Origin: Felis catus | Taxonomy: Eukaryota | NCBI RefSeq assembly: GCF_018350175.1 | Contig: NC_058368.1 | Span: 53,136,001-53,200,000 of the forward strand | Direction: 5' to 3' | DNA length: 64,000 nt | Part shown: positions 26,657-39,110 of the stretch, in pieces | Layout: every line of letters starts with the position of its first letter | Position numbering within the stretch: position 1 is the first letter of the stretch | Program-made: the position numbers and the translations under genes | Notes under the pieces: generated by a model | What the model was told of the DNA's origin: nothing | Databases searched by the model: none | The model's input: only the letters and a program-made list of their open reading frames with translations

Positions 26657-26900
26657 AAGAAGAAGAAGGAGGAGGAGAAGGAAGAGAAGAAGAAGAAGAA
26701 AAGAAGTAGGAGGAGGAGGAGGAGGAGGAGGAGGAGGAGAAGGGGAAGGGGAAGGAGAAGGAAAAGGAGGAGGAGGAGGAGGAGGAGGAGGAGGAGGAGG
26801 TGGAGGGAGTGGGGGGGCAGAGGAGGAGGAGAAGGAAAAGAAGGAGAAGAAGGGGAAGGGGAAGAGGAAGAGGAGGAAGAGGAGGAGGAGGTGGTGGTGG
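26657..26900 (+). repeat. Polypurine (GGA/GAA/GGGGAA) compound microsatellite
   Basis: ~244 bp almost purely A/G, inside old L1 ORF2 between ...gacaccaca and aaaaattacaggccaata. Confidence 0.95.
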
Positions 26901-27316
26901 AAAAAATTACAGGCCAATATCTGTGATGAACATAGATGCAAAAATCCTAAACAAAATATTAGCAAACTGAATTCACCCATATTTTAAAAGGATCATACAG
27001 TATGATTAATTGGGATTTTTCCAGGGATGCAAGGACAGTAAAACATCTGCAAATCAATCAACACAATACACTACATTAACAAAATTAAAGGTAAAAATTA
27101 TATAGTCATCTCACTAGATACAGAAAAAGCATTTGACAAAATTCTACATCCATTTATGATAAAAATTCTCAGCATAGTGGGTATAGAGGGAATGTACCTC
27201 AACATAATAAAGGCAACATATGACAAACTCACAGTTAATATCATACTCAACAATGAAAAGCTGAAAACTTTCCTCTAAGATCAAGAACAAGACAAGGATG
27301 CCCACTCTCCCCATTT

Positions 27317-27535
27317 AAAAAAAAATTCTTTAATATTTATTTATTTTTGAGAGAGAGAGACAGACAGAGCACTAGCAGGGGAGGGGCAGAGAGAGAGGGA
27401 GACACAGGATCTGAAGCAGGCTCCAGGCTCTGAACTGTCAGCACAGAGCCTGATACAGGACTTGAACCCACAAACTGCAAGATCATAACCTGAACCAAAG
27501 TTGAACGCTTAACTGACGGAGCCACCAGGTGCCTC
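27317..27535 (-). mobile_element. CanSINE
   Basis: TSD tctccccattt at 27306-27316 and 27537-27547. Confidence 0.93.
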
Positions 27536-29145
27536 ATCTCCCCATTTTTATTCAACAGAGTATTGGAAGTCCTAACCACAGCAATTAGGCAAGAAAAAGA
27601 AATAAAAGGCATTCTAATTGGTAATGAAGATGTAAAACTGTAACTATCTGCAGATGACATGATACTATACATAGAAAACCCTAAAGTCTCCATCGAAAAC
27701 CTGTTAGAACTAATAAATTCAATAAAGTTGCAGGATACAAAAATGATATACAAAAGTCTGTTGTGTTTCAATACACTAATAAAATATAAGAAAGTCAAGT
27801 CAAGAAAACAATCCCATTTACAATTACATCAAAACGAATAAAATACCTAGTGATAAGCTTAACCAAGAATGTGAAAGACCAATACCCTGCAAACTATAAA
27901 ACACTGATGAAAGAAATTAAAGAAGACATAAATAAATGGAAAGATATTCGGTGCTCATGTATTAGGAGGATATATATTGTTAAAATGTCCATACTGACCA
28001 AAGCAATCCACAGACATAATGCAATCCCTGCCAAAATTCCAATGGCATTTTTCACACAAATGGAACAAATAATTGTAAGATTTGTACAGAACCACAAAAG
28101 ACCCCAGATAGCTAAAACCATCTTGAGAAAGAACAAAGCTAGTGGTATCACTTTATTACACTATACTATAAAGCTATAGTAATCAAATAGTATGATATTG
28201 GTATAAAAACAGACACATAGATCAGTAAAACAGAATTGAGAGCCCTGAAGTAAACCCATGTATATGGTCAATTGATTTACAACATATGAGGCAAGAATAT
28301 ACAATGGGGAAATGACAGACTCTTTAATAATAAAAAGTGTTAAGAAAATTGGGCAACTACATGAAAGAGAATGAAACTGGACCACTCTCTTACACCATAT
28401 ACAAAAATTAACTCAAAATAGATTAAACACTTGAATGTAAAGCCTGAAACCATTAAACTCCTAGAAGAAAACATAGACAATAAGCTCCTTGACATTAATC
28501 ATAACAATGGGTTTTTGTGGGGTTTTGTTTCTTTGTTTGTTTGGATCTTACTCCGAAGGCAAGGGAAACAAAAACAAAAATTAACAAATGGGAGACATCA
28601 ACTCAAAACCTTCTGCACAGCAAAGGAAATCCTCAACAGAACAAAAAGGCAACCTACTGAATGGGAGAAGATATTTGCAAATCATATATCCAATAAGGGA
28701 TTAATACCCAAAATATATAAGAATTTATACAACCCAACAACAACAAAAATAAATAAATAATGTGCTTCAAAAATGGTCAGAGGATCATGAATAGACATTT
28801 TTCTAGACAAGACATACAGATGGCCAACAAACACAAGAAAAGATGTTTATCATCACTAGTTATCAGAGAAATGCAACTTAAAACTACAATGAGGAATCAT
28901 CTTATACATTTCAGAATGGCTATTCTCAAAAATACAAGAAATAATAAGTGTTGTTGAGGATTTGGAGAAAAGGGAGCCCTTGTTCACTGTTGGTGGGAAC
29001 GTAGATTGGTGCAGCTACTATAGTAAACAGTGAGAAGATTCTTCAAAAAATTAAAATAGGATTACCATATGATCTAGCAATTCCACTACTGTGTATCTTT
29101 CTGGAGAAAATGAAAACACTAGTTTGAAAAAAATACATGTATCCT

Positions 29146-29285
29146 GGATGCCTGGGCAGCTCAGTTGGTTAAACATCTGACTCTCAATTTTGACTCAGGT
29201 TATGATCTCATGGTTTGTGGGATTCTCTCTTCTCTCTCTCTCTGCCCCTCCCCTGCTCATGCTCTCTCTCAAAATAAACTTAAAA
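29146..29285 (+). mobile_element. Internally deleted CanSINE
   Basis: Head joins directly to gggattctctc and the CT tract; the B-box and middle part are missing. Confidence 0.85.
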
Positions 29286-29394
29286 GTATATATATGTACC
29301 TCTATGTTCATTACAGCATTATTTACAACAACCAATATAAGAAAGCAACCAAAGCGTCCATCAATGAATGAAAGGATAAAGAACATACGGTGCT

Positions 29395-29451
29395 CACACA
29401 CAGACACACACAGACACACACACATACCCACACACACACAGACATATACAC
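29395..29451 (+). repeat. Imperfect (CA)n microsatellite in L1
   Basis: cacacacagacacacacagacacacacacatac... Confidence 0.9.
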
Positions 29452-29970
29452 AATGGAATACTACTCAGCCATAAGAAAAAATGAAATCTTGCCATTTGTA
29501 ATGATGTGGATGGACCTTGAGAGTATCATGCTAACTAAGATAAGTCAAACATAGAAAAACAAATACTGTATGCTTTCACTTATATGTGGAATCTAAAAAA
29601 TAAAACAAGCAAACAAAACAAAAATGAGGCTCACAGATACAAAAAAAAAAAAAATAGACTGGTGGTTGCCAGAGGGGAAGGGGTTGGTGGGTAGGTGAAA
29701 TGGGTGAAGGGGATCAAGAAGTAAAAACTTCCAGTTAACTTATTAAGTCATGGGGATGTAATACACAGCATAGGGAATATAGCCAATAATATGGTATTAA
29801 TGTTGTATGGTAACTAGACTTATTGTGGCGATCATTTTGCATTATACAATGTCAAATTATTATGTTGTAGACCTGAAGCTAATATAATATTATATGTCAA
29901 TTATACCTCAGTTTTTTAAAAAAGACTTTCTCTACTAATTAATTAAATAAGGAATGTCTTTGAGTTTTCT

Positions 29971-31138
29971 TTTGTTTTTTAATTTATTTATTTAAATTCA
30001 GTTAGTTATTTAGTTAACATACAGTGTAATACTGATTTTAGGAGCAGAACCCAGTGATTCATCACTTACACATAACACCCAGTACTCATCCCAACAAGTG
30101 TCCTCCTTAATGCCCATCACCCATTTTGCCCATCCCCCACCAACACCCCTCCAGCAACCCTCAATTTTTCTCTGTCTTTAAGAGTCTTTTATGGTTTGTC
30201 TGCCTCTCTATTTTTGTCTTATTTTCCTTCCCTTCCCCTATGTTCATCTGTTTTGTTTCTTAAATTCCACATATGGGTAAAATCATAGGATATTTGTCTT
30301 TCTCTGACTGACTTATTTCACTTAGCGTAATTCAGTTTGGATCCAACCACGTTTTTGCAAATGGAAAGATTTCATTCTTTTTGATCACCTAGTAATATTC
30401 CGTTGTGTGTATATACTATCATATCTTATTTATCCATTCATCAGTCAATGGAAATTTGGGCTCTTTCCTAATTTGGCTATTGTTGATAGCGCTGCTATAA
30501 ACATAGGGGTGCATGTGCTCCTTCGAATACACATGTATCTGGAGGCAAAGGAAATAAAAACAAAAATGAACTATTGGGACCCCATAAAGATAAAAGATTC
30601 TGCACAGTAAAGGAAACAATCAACAAAACTAAAAGGCAACCAATGGAATGGAAGAAGATATTTGCAAATGACATATTAGATAAAGGGTTAGTACCCAAAA
30701 TCTGTAAAGAACTTATGAAACTCAACATCCAAAAAACAAATAATTCAGTAAAAAAATGGGCAGAAGACATGAATAGACAATTTTCCAAAGAATACATCCA
30801 GATGGCTAACAGATACATGAAAAAACACTCAACATCACTCATCACCAGGGAAATACAAATCAAAACCACAATGAAATACCACCTCACACCTGTCAGAATG
30901 GCAAAAATTAACAACTCAGGAAACAAGAGATGTTGGTGAGGATGTGAAAAAAGGGAACACTTTTGCACTGCTGGTGGAAATTCAAACTGGTACAGCCACT
31001 CTGGAGAACACTATAGAGGTTCCTTAAAAATTTTTAAATAGAACTACCCTATGACCCAGTAATTTCATTTATAGGTATTTATCCAAAGGATACAAAAATT
31101 CTGATCTGAAGGAGCACATGCACCCAAATTTTTATAGC
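29971..31138 (-). mobile_element. 5'-inverted (twin-primed) truncated L1
   Basis: Minus-strand 3' end at 29971-30530, then plus-strand ORF2 segment at 30531-31138; TSD ctttga(g/a)ttttct at 29958-29970 and 31139-31151. Confidence 0.9.
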
Positions 31139-32867
31139 CTTTGAATTTTCTAAAGAGGAATGCTGTTTCCTTTTTTGCTTATTGAAGTGGGGCCAGGCCA
31201 CTTCAAAAACTACTATCACGGAAGAGCCATGCTTCTTTGAAGATTTCAAATTGTTGAATTACCAACTCTTGATGGGTTTTAATGGCATCCTCTTAATTGT
31301 GAAGCATTCAACCCTAAACCTTGGTTTGAAGGGACATAAGAGAGGCTTCAATCAAAATATTTAGAGGCGATATCTTCTCCAATAACTTTAGAATCATCAT
31401 TAAAACATTCTCTATGCTCACTTTACTTATTCCCTAAAGTAAATAAATTTCTGCAGCGTAATCCCTACTAATGCATGTTTTTGAAAGCAATGAAAAGGCA
31501 TATACTTTTTAAAATTAAATATAAAAAGAAAAAAGAAAAGAGATCTACTTCAGATGATACAAAAAACAACATTATTGTTTTCAGGATAAATATTAAAATT
31601 TCTCAGTTTAAAGTGTTTTTACTTGATGGTACAAAATAACAGATCAACAGGAATTGAAAATAGATTTGTGATTTATGACAGTTGTAATGCAATTTCAAAT
31701 CATTTGTCAACTGAACTATTTTGAAATACAAATAATAACCAGAAAACAAACTTGTAACATTCTATGCATTTAGGAAAACCCCTGAATTTCAATACTTAAC
31801 TAGAGAATTTCAATTCTGCATAGTGCTAAGGCAGTTTCATAATACACATGAGAAAAATCTGCTCTTCAGATGTCAATTTTCAAATGAACACAGTTTCAAA
31901 AACTCCAAACTAAGCAACCCTTCTCTAGATCTTTTATTGGCTAAGGTATAAATAGTTTTTTACGTAGTTAGAGAGGTTACATTTTAAAGATTTTTGATGG
32001 CACTGTGCTCAATATTTATTAATATTTTATCAACAGATTACAAAATCAACAAGAGGATAAACAAAGCACTGTGAATACACCTGTTATATTGCAACTAAGC
32101 CACATGTTTTCAATCCTTCCATCTTAATAAATACATTTGAAAATATGCATGACTCTAAAACATTCTATTTTTGTTGGATTCCTAACAATTTCTTGTTTTT
32201 CAGCAGTGTTTTAATTAAATTTTCAGTGGTACTTTTAAAAATGGCTAATCAGCAGAATTCCCCAAAAGCATTATTTTTCTTTTCCCAATGAACACAAAAG
32301 CAAACCTGAGCACTCAAAACAATGAAGAAACAAATTTAAAGTCACAACTTAAAACACAGACTTAAAATTTAGCATGCCTAGCCGTGTGCCATGTTGTTCT
32401 GTTGATATATATGTGATATATTTTCAACATGGACATATATAATAAAAAAAAAAATCCAGATGCCAATTCCAGATGGTGTCTTAGACAGCTCCAGGCCACA
32501 GAGTTCCCTGGCTCAGCTGTTAAGGCAACATTTTACATTTTGAGGGTATTTTTCAACAGCACTTTCTCAAACCCCATTGTAGGGACTGAAAAGACCAACT
32601 AACTGCCTTAAGTTGGGCCTTTATTTAGCCATTCTGATAAATGTATATAAGTATAAATAAAAAGAAAATTATCAAATACCCAAGTGGGAGAATTTGTTTT
32701 GTTTTTTATTTAAGTTTTAAGTTTACTTAAGTATTGATAAGTACTATCATTATTCCTAAGCAAGAGGAAACCCTGCCCTTTGTCATCACTCAGAGTCCAT
32801 GCACACCCTCTACACCATATTATAGGTACAAATGTAGACATGAACCCATTAATAAAATGTCAGTGGT

Positions 32868-33108
32868 GGGGCACCTGGGTGTCTCAGTCAGTTGGGCATC
32901 CGACTTCAGCTCAGGTCATGATCTCACCCTGCATGGGTTTGAGCCCCGCATCAGGCTCTGTGCTGACAGCTCAGAGCCTGAAGCCTGCTTTGAATTCTGT
33001 GTCTCCCTCTCTCTCTGCCCTTCCCTACTCACACTCTGTCTCTCTGTGTCTCTCAAAAATAATAAACACAGAAAAAACATTTTTTAATAAATTAATTAAA
33101 AAAATAAA
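32868..33108 (+). mobile_element. CanSINE
   Basis: TSD core aataaaatgtca at 32851-32862 and 33109-33120. Confidence 0.93.
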
Positions 33109-33436
33109 AATAAAATGTCAATAGCAAATCCTTACCTATCAATAATGACCTTAAATGTAAATGGATCAATTTTTCCAATCAAAAAGCACAGAGTGGCTGA
33201 ATGGATAAATAGCAATATATAACAGTATGCTTCCTAAAGAACACTAGCTTTAAAGAAACACACAAAGGCTGAAAGTGAAGAGATGAAAAGAAATAACCAA
33301 AGAGATCAAGAATGGCTATACCTACATCAGGTAAAATAGACTTTCAGTCAAAAGTGGTCACCAGAGACAAAGAAGACTACCATATAATGGTAAAGTGGTC
33401 ATTTCAGGAGGATATAATTGTAAATATATATGTACT

Positions 33437-33656
33437 GGGGCACCTAGGTGGCTCAGTCACTTGGGTGTCTGACTTCGGCTCAGGTCATGATCTCACAGTT
33501 CATGGGTTTGAGCCCCACATTGGACTCTGTGCTGACAGCCTGGAGCCTGGATCCTGTTTCATATTCTGTGTCTCCCTCTCTCTCTCTGTTCCATCCCCAC
33601 TCATATTCTGTCTCTCTCTCTCTCTCTCAAAAATAAATAAAAGATCAAAAATATTT
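33437..33656 (+). mobile_element. CanSINE
   Basis: TSD taaatatatatg(t/c)ac on both sides. Confidence 0.93.
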
Positions 33657-33713
33657 TAAATATATATGCACCAAACATTGGAGCACCTAAATATTTAAAG
33701 CAAATATTAACAT

Positions 33714-33937
33714 GGGGCGCCTGGGTGGCGCAGTCATTAAGCGTCCGACTTCAGCCAGGTCACGATCTCGCGGTCCGTGAGTTTGAGCCCCGCGTCAGGC
33801 TCTGGGCTGATGGCTCAGAGCCTGGAGCCTGTTTCTGATTCTGTGTCTCCCTCTCTCTCTGCCCCTCCCCCGTTCATGCTCTGTCTCTCTCTGTCCCAAA
33901 AATAAATAAACATTGGAAAAAAAATTAAAAAAAAAAA
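33714..33937 (+). mobile_element. Young feline CanSINE
   Basis: Perfect TSD taaagcaaatattaaca at 33696-33712 and 33938-33954. Confidence 0.97.
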
Positions 33938-34812
33938 TAAAGCAAATATTAACAGAACTGAAGAGAGAAATAGCAATGCAATAATGGTAGTGAACTTAAA
34001 TAGCCCATTGTTAACACTGGATAGATCATCCAGACAGATTATTAATAACGAAACAGCAAACCTGGATAACACTGTAGACCTAATTGCCCTAAAAGACTTA
34101 CAAGAAACATTCCATATAACAGCAGCAGGAACATATTCTTCTCAAGCACACACAGAATATTCTCCAGGATAAATCATATCTTGGGCCACAAATCAAGTCT
34201 CAATAAATGTAAGAAAGCTGAGATTATATCAAGTATATTTTCCAACCACAATAGTATGAAACTAGAAATCAGCAATGGAAGGAAAATGAAAAAATTCACA
34301 AATACATGGAGATGAAACCACACACTCCTGAACAACCAATGGATCAAAGATGAAATAAAAAGGAAAATCAGAAAGTATCTTGAGACAAATGAAAATGAAA
34401 ACACAACATAAACTTATGAGATACAGCAAAAGTAGCTCTAAAGGGGCTATTTACAGCTATAAATGATTACATTAGGAGAAGAGAAAGATCTCAAATAAAT
34501 AACCTAACTTTACATCTCAAAGAATTATAAAAAGAGGAAAAATCTAAGCCCTAAATTATTAGGAGGAAGGAAATAACAAAGATTAGAGCAGAAATAAATG
34601 AAATAGAGGCGAGAAAGACAATTGAAAAACTATCAGTGAGACAAAGAATTGGATGTTTGAAAAGATTTTACAAATTGACAAACCTTTAGCATACTAACCA
34701 AGAGAAAAAAAAAACATAGACTCAAATAAAGTTATAAATGACAGAGAAGTTACAACTGATACCATAGAAATACAAAGAATCACAAGAGAACACTATAAAC
34801 ACTTACACACCA

Positions 34813-35275
34813 AATTCTCTTGGTAATGAGGATCAGTCACCCTGGGAAGAAGAGCAGGGACTGCTTTCTTCAAGGATTTAGTGTTATGAGAAATGAGATG
34901 GTAGCCTCAGCTTCCATATTATTGAAGTCACCTCTGTTCACCAGTGAAAAACTTCCTCCCATGACAACGCTAAACTGTTGAGCACCAAGTTGCAGAGACA
35001 AGAAGCAAAACTTCTCTGAGTTATTAGGTGTGAAATGACACTACCCCATTCCTGGTACCAACAACGTTATCAGACAAGATCCCAGAAGGAAGAAAAACAA
35101 ACAAACAAAAAAAGATTCACACCAATGGTTTAAGTGAAGATATTTACAGAGATATGAATAACATACAAGGGATATTGAGGCATGGAGGGATTAGCTAAAC
35201 CAGGAAACTATTAACAAGAGGAGGAAACACTGGAGCCCAATGAGAGTTGAAACCTTGAGGGAGAAACTTCCCTTC
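34813..35275 (-). mobile_element. Probable ERVL/MaLR LTR-internal junction remnant
   Basis: Minus strand reads ttggtaccaggaatgggg near 35045-35062, the typical ERVL/MaLR internal start after an LTR. Confidence 0.45.
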
Positions 35276-35392
35276 AGTGTTTGTTTTCATCAATTTTGTT
35301 GTTTTATTTTGTTTACAATCTGGCTTTGATTATTTCTATTTCTCTTCAACATAAATCAGTGAATCAACTTTCATCAAAAAATACCATTGGCA

Positions 35393-35982
35393 AAACAGTG
35401 TGGAGGTTCCTCAAAAAATTAAAAATAGATCTACGCTATGACCCAGGAATAGCACTGCTAGGGATCTACCCAAGGGATACAGGAGTGCTGATGCATAGGG
35501 GCACATGTACCCCGATGTTTATAGCAGCACTTTCAACAATAGCCAAATTATGGAAAGAGCCTAAATTTCCATCAACTGACAAATGGATAAAGAAGATGTG
35601 GTTTATATATACAATGGAATACTACTTGGCAATGAGAAAGAATGAAATCTGGCCATTTGTAGCAACATACATGGAACTGGAGGGTATTATGCTAAGTGAA
35701 ATAAGTCAGGCAGAGAAAGACAGATACCATGTTTTCACTCATATGTGGATGCTGAGAAACTTAACAGAAGACCATGGGGGAGGGGAAGGGGAAAAAAAAA
35801 GTTACAGAGAGGGAGGGAGGCAAACCATAAGAGACTCTTAAGGACTGAGAACAAACTGAGGGTTGATGGAGGGTGGGGGATAGGGGAAAGTGGGTGATGG
35901 GCAGGGACGAGGGCACTTGTTGGGATGAGCACTGGGTATTGTATGGAAACCAATTTGACAATAAATTATATTTAAAAAAAAA
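35393..35982 (+). mobile_element. 5'-truncated feline L1 3' fragment
   Basis: [27 protein letters not shown]2 end plus 3'UTR; TSD core cattggca at 35385-35392 and 35983-35990. Confidence 0.94.
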
Positions 35983-36454
35983 CATTGGCATTTTTATTGG
36001 AATTTACACCAAAGTACAGATAAACTACAGGGAAATTTGATGTCTTCATACTAGTGACTCATTTCATCCAAGTGCATATTATCCTTTACGTTTTTAAGGT
36101 CTTTTGGTATTCTTCAACAAGATATTATACATTTCTCAATATATTGGTATTTTAAGGGGCTTGTTGCTATTGTGAATGGGCTCTAATATTATTGCATTTT
36201 CCAACTGGTTACTTCTGCTATAGAGAAAATCTTTTAATATTTGTGTTTTGGGTCTTGTATTTGGCCAAAATAATAAATTCTCTTATTAGTTCTGATAGTT
36301 TATCATTCATTCATCTGGGTTTTTAGTTTAAACAGCCTTTTCTTCTATAAATGGACACTCTTTGTCTCCATCTTTCCTATGTGTATATGTCTTGTCTCCT
36401 TTCTTGCACTGATTAGACATCAAATGCAGTTTTGAACATTAAGAGTGCAACTGA

Positions 36455-37079
36455 GGGGCATCTGGGTGGCTCAGTTGGTCAAGCGTCTAACTCTTGATTT
36501 TGGCCCAGGTCATGATTTCACAGTTGGTGAGTTCAAGCCTTGTGTTGGGCTCTGCACTGACAGTGTGAAGGCTGCTTGGGATTCTCGCTCTCTCGCTCTC
36601 TGCCCCTCCCCCACTTGCACACACACTCTCTCTGCCCGCTAGGAGGCGGGCACCTGGCCTCGGAGGTGCCCAGGCGGGTCAGTCGGCTCGGGGTGCGTGT
36701 GTGCGCGGCTCGGGCCCCTTCTAAGGCTGGCCTGCAGTGGTCTGCAGGACTTGTGCAAGCTGCCTGGAGCAGATGCAGAGCCCTGACCGGCTCTGGTTCA
36801 CCTGGGGCTGGCAGAGCTGAGGACCGGCAGGACCCGGGACTCGGGGAACCCAGCAAAGGCACAGGTGGAAACATGCTCGCCCTGAGGACTCCAAAGGGGC
36901 CTAACTGGGCCAAGAGGCTATGTCTGGGGAAAGGCATCGCTTGCCCGGTTTGTCTTTGGGACAGCCCCACAGGCCGGGTAAGCTCAAGGTGGGCAGGGGT
37001 GTTCCTACCCGCCACAGCTGAGCACCTCCCCCTAGGGGCCAGATCAGCCCCCACAAAAAAATAAACATTTTTTTTAAAA
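36455..37079 (+). mobile_element. Chimeric CanSINE: SINE body (36455-36633), GC-rich insert, SINE tail
   Basis: SINE head and CT tract, then unrelated sequence, then aaaaaaataaac tail; outer TSD core aagagtg at 36441-36447 and 37080-37086. Confidence 0.85.
36634..37054. other. ~420 bp GC/CpG-rich segment of unknown origin
   Basis: Sharp compositional jump against AT-rich flanks; about 19 CpGs by hand count; matches no repeat I recognise. Confidence 0.85.
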
Positions 37080-37296
37080 AAGAGTGAAAAGTGAAATTCT
37101 TTCCTAGTTCCTGATTCAAAGGGAATGTTGCTAATGTTGCCCATGTTTCCTTTACCATGTTTGTTCCAGCCATGCCTGCCTATACACTGAGTCTTTTCTC
37201 CCCTTGCTAAACGTTTTTATCAGAAATGAATATTGAACTGTATCACATGTTTAAGCTATATTTTGGGCATCTATCAAGATGACTAAATGGATTTTT

Positions 37297-37497
37297 AACG
37301 TTTATTTATTTTTGGGACAGAGAGAGACAGAGCATGAACGGGGGAGGGCAGAGAGAGAGGGAGACACAGAATCAGAAACAGGCTCCAGGCTCTGAGCCAT
37401 CAGCCCAGAGCCCCACGCGGGGCTCGAACTCACGGACCGCGAGATCGTGACCTGGCTGAAGTCGGACGCTTAACCGACTGCGCCACCCAGGCGCCCC
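37297..37497 (-). mobile_element. Young feline CanSINE with almost no A tail
   Basis: TSD atgactaaatggattttt at 37279-37296 and 37498-37515. Confidence 0.96.
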
Positions 37498-39110
37498 ATG
37501 ACTAAATGGATTTTTAAATATTCCTCTTAGGCAAGCTCCATGAGATCTTGTCTGTCTTGTTCACACTTTTATCCCAACACCTAGAACAGTGTCTTCCTCG
37601 TTGTAGGAAATTTAGAAATATTTTTTGAAGCATTAATAAGTAATTAAAAGTATTTTTATTGTCATTAATTACACTGATGGAGCTCTGATGGTGACTCATG
37701 TTTGTATTCCTGGAATAAATCTTAGTTGGTTATGATATTCTTTCCATACATTGTTGGATTTGATTTAGCACTTTTCCATTTAAAGTTTTGATATCTATGT
37801 TCATAAGTTTAACTGTTGTACAGTTTTCTTTAGAAGCTATGCTTTCCCTAATTTTGACGCTAAGGTTATACTATCCTTATAGAATAAGATAAGAACAACT
37901 TCATCTTTAACTTTCTCTAAACAATTTCTTTTACATAGAGTTAATTTTTTCCTTGAAGGACTGAGAGATCTCACCCATTAAACTGGCCTTATCATTTTCC
38001 TCTATCTTTGTTGAGCTACTTATATTTTCTTGTCTCTCTCTGAGTCATTGTTAACATACAGGCCATGAAAACCATTAATTTTATAAGATTTTCATATTTC
38101 CCGGTGTAATGTTGAATAATGAATTTTCTCAAAACTTTAAAATCTCCACAATGTATAGTTTACGTCAAATTTTCTAATTTGTCATATGTTCTAATTTCCG
38201 ATGTTGCATATTCTCTCCTTTTATTTCTTGATAAAACTCACCAAATACTTTTTAAAAGTTTACTGATTGTTTCAAAGGAACAAAAATGGGTTTTATTTGT
38301 TATTTACCATTTGCATTATGTTCGATTTAATTTTATACGGAAAATGTAAGATTTTTATTTTTTCTATTCTCTTTGATTGACTTGGTTTTCCTTTTTCCAG
38401 CATCTTGAGTTGAATGCCTTATTTTCAAACTTTTATCTCCTCATCAGTGCATTTATGTCTATAAAATTTCCTAAGTACAGTTTTGGCTATATCCCACAGA
38501 TCTGATATAGAATCCACTCGCTGTTGCTTGTTTCTAAATGGTTTATAACTACAGTTTTGCTTCCCTCTTTAGGAATTTTTTAAAATATTTTTTCTTGTCT
38601 ATTTCGGGTATTATTTGCATTATGGACAAATACTATGGCCAGTATCATTTTAGTTTTAGGTAATTTTTTTGTGTTTTTCTTCATTGCCTAATATGTGATC
38701 AATTTTTATAATGTTGTATGTATTTTGTAACGAATGTGTATGCACTCGTGACTTGGATAGATAATACATCTAGAATGATAATTGTAATTAAAATATTCTG
38801 TTTTCTTATTTTTTTTCTTTGACATATTCATTTTTTAGACATACTTATTTTCCCCTGTCCTAATTTTTCAATTTCTCCAATAAAATATAAGGTGAGAGAT
38901 AAACTGGTTTGTTCACCATTGAATCCCCAGCACCTAGAACAGTGCCCTCAGTATGCAAAATATGTGATTTACACTCAGTGCTTTGCTATCTTAGTTTGTA
39001 AAGCTTTTTTCAACATTTTCAAATCTTTAAATTCTCTCCTGTACCATCATGTATATGTTATGCCTGCATAGGCAAAGAGACTGAATAAGACCCAGACAAT
39101 TTCATCTGTC

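Larger units (their letters stand above)
16925..29915 (+). mobile_element. Older carnivore L1 (3' part of ORF1, long inter-ORF spacer, degraded ORF2, 3'UTR) hosting several nested insertions
   Basis: ORF1 end at 17195-17383 (QARREC...YQPRILYLARVSF); ORF2 remnants resume at 23717 and run through EN, RT (tctgcagatgacatgata) and C-terminus; L1MA9/L1_Carn-like 3' end near 29910. Confidence 0.9.
32851..34812 (+). mobile_element. Old L1 ORF2 5' (endonuclease) fragment lacking its 3' end, carrying three SINEs
   Basis: ccttacctatcaataatgaccttaaatgtaaatgga (ORF2 start region) through acacttacacaccaa, then an abrupt switch. Confidence 0.85.
35280..38860 (-). mobile_element. Highly degraded ancient antisense L1 with nested younger elements
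   Basis: T-rich; ttgttgctattgtgaatggg, cctagttcctgattcaaagggaatg and atacattgttggatttgatttagc are antisense ORF2-like. Confidence 0.65.

Noticed and set aside
26583..26987. Gly/Arg/Glu-rich and Pro/Leu-rich ORFs
   Set aside because: Translations of the GGA/GAA microsatellite inside a dead L1.
31182..31206. 9 bp-stem hairpin ttgaagtgg-N7-ccacttcaa
   Set aside because: Too short for a miRNA precursor and expected by chance in 64 kb.
36533..37144. Overlapping 162 aa (+) and 203 aa (-) ORFs across the GC-rich insert
   Set aside because: They begin or end in SINE or L1 sequence, show no recognisable domain, and high GC content suppresses stop codons on both strands.
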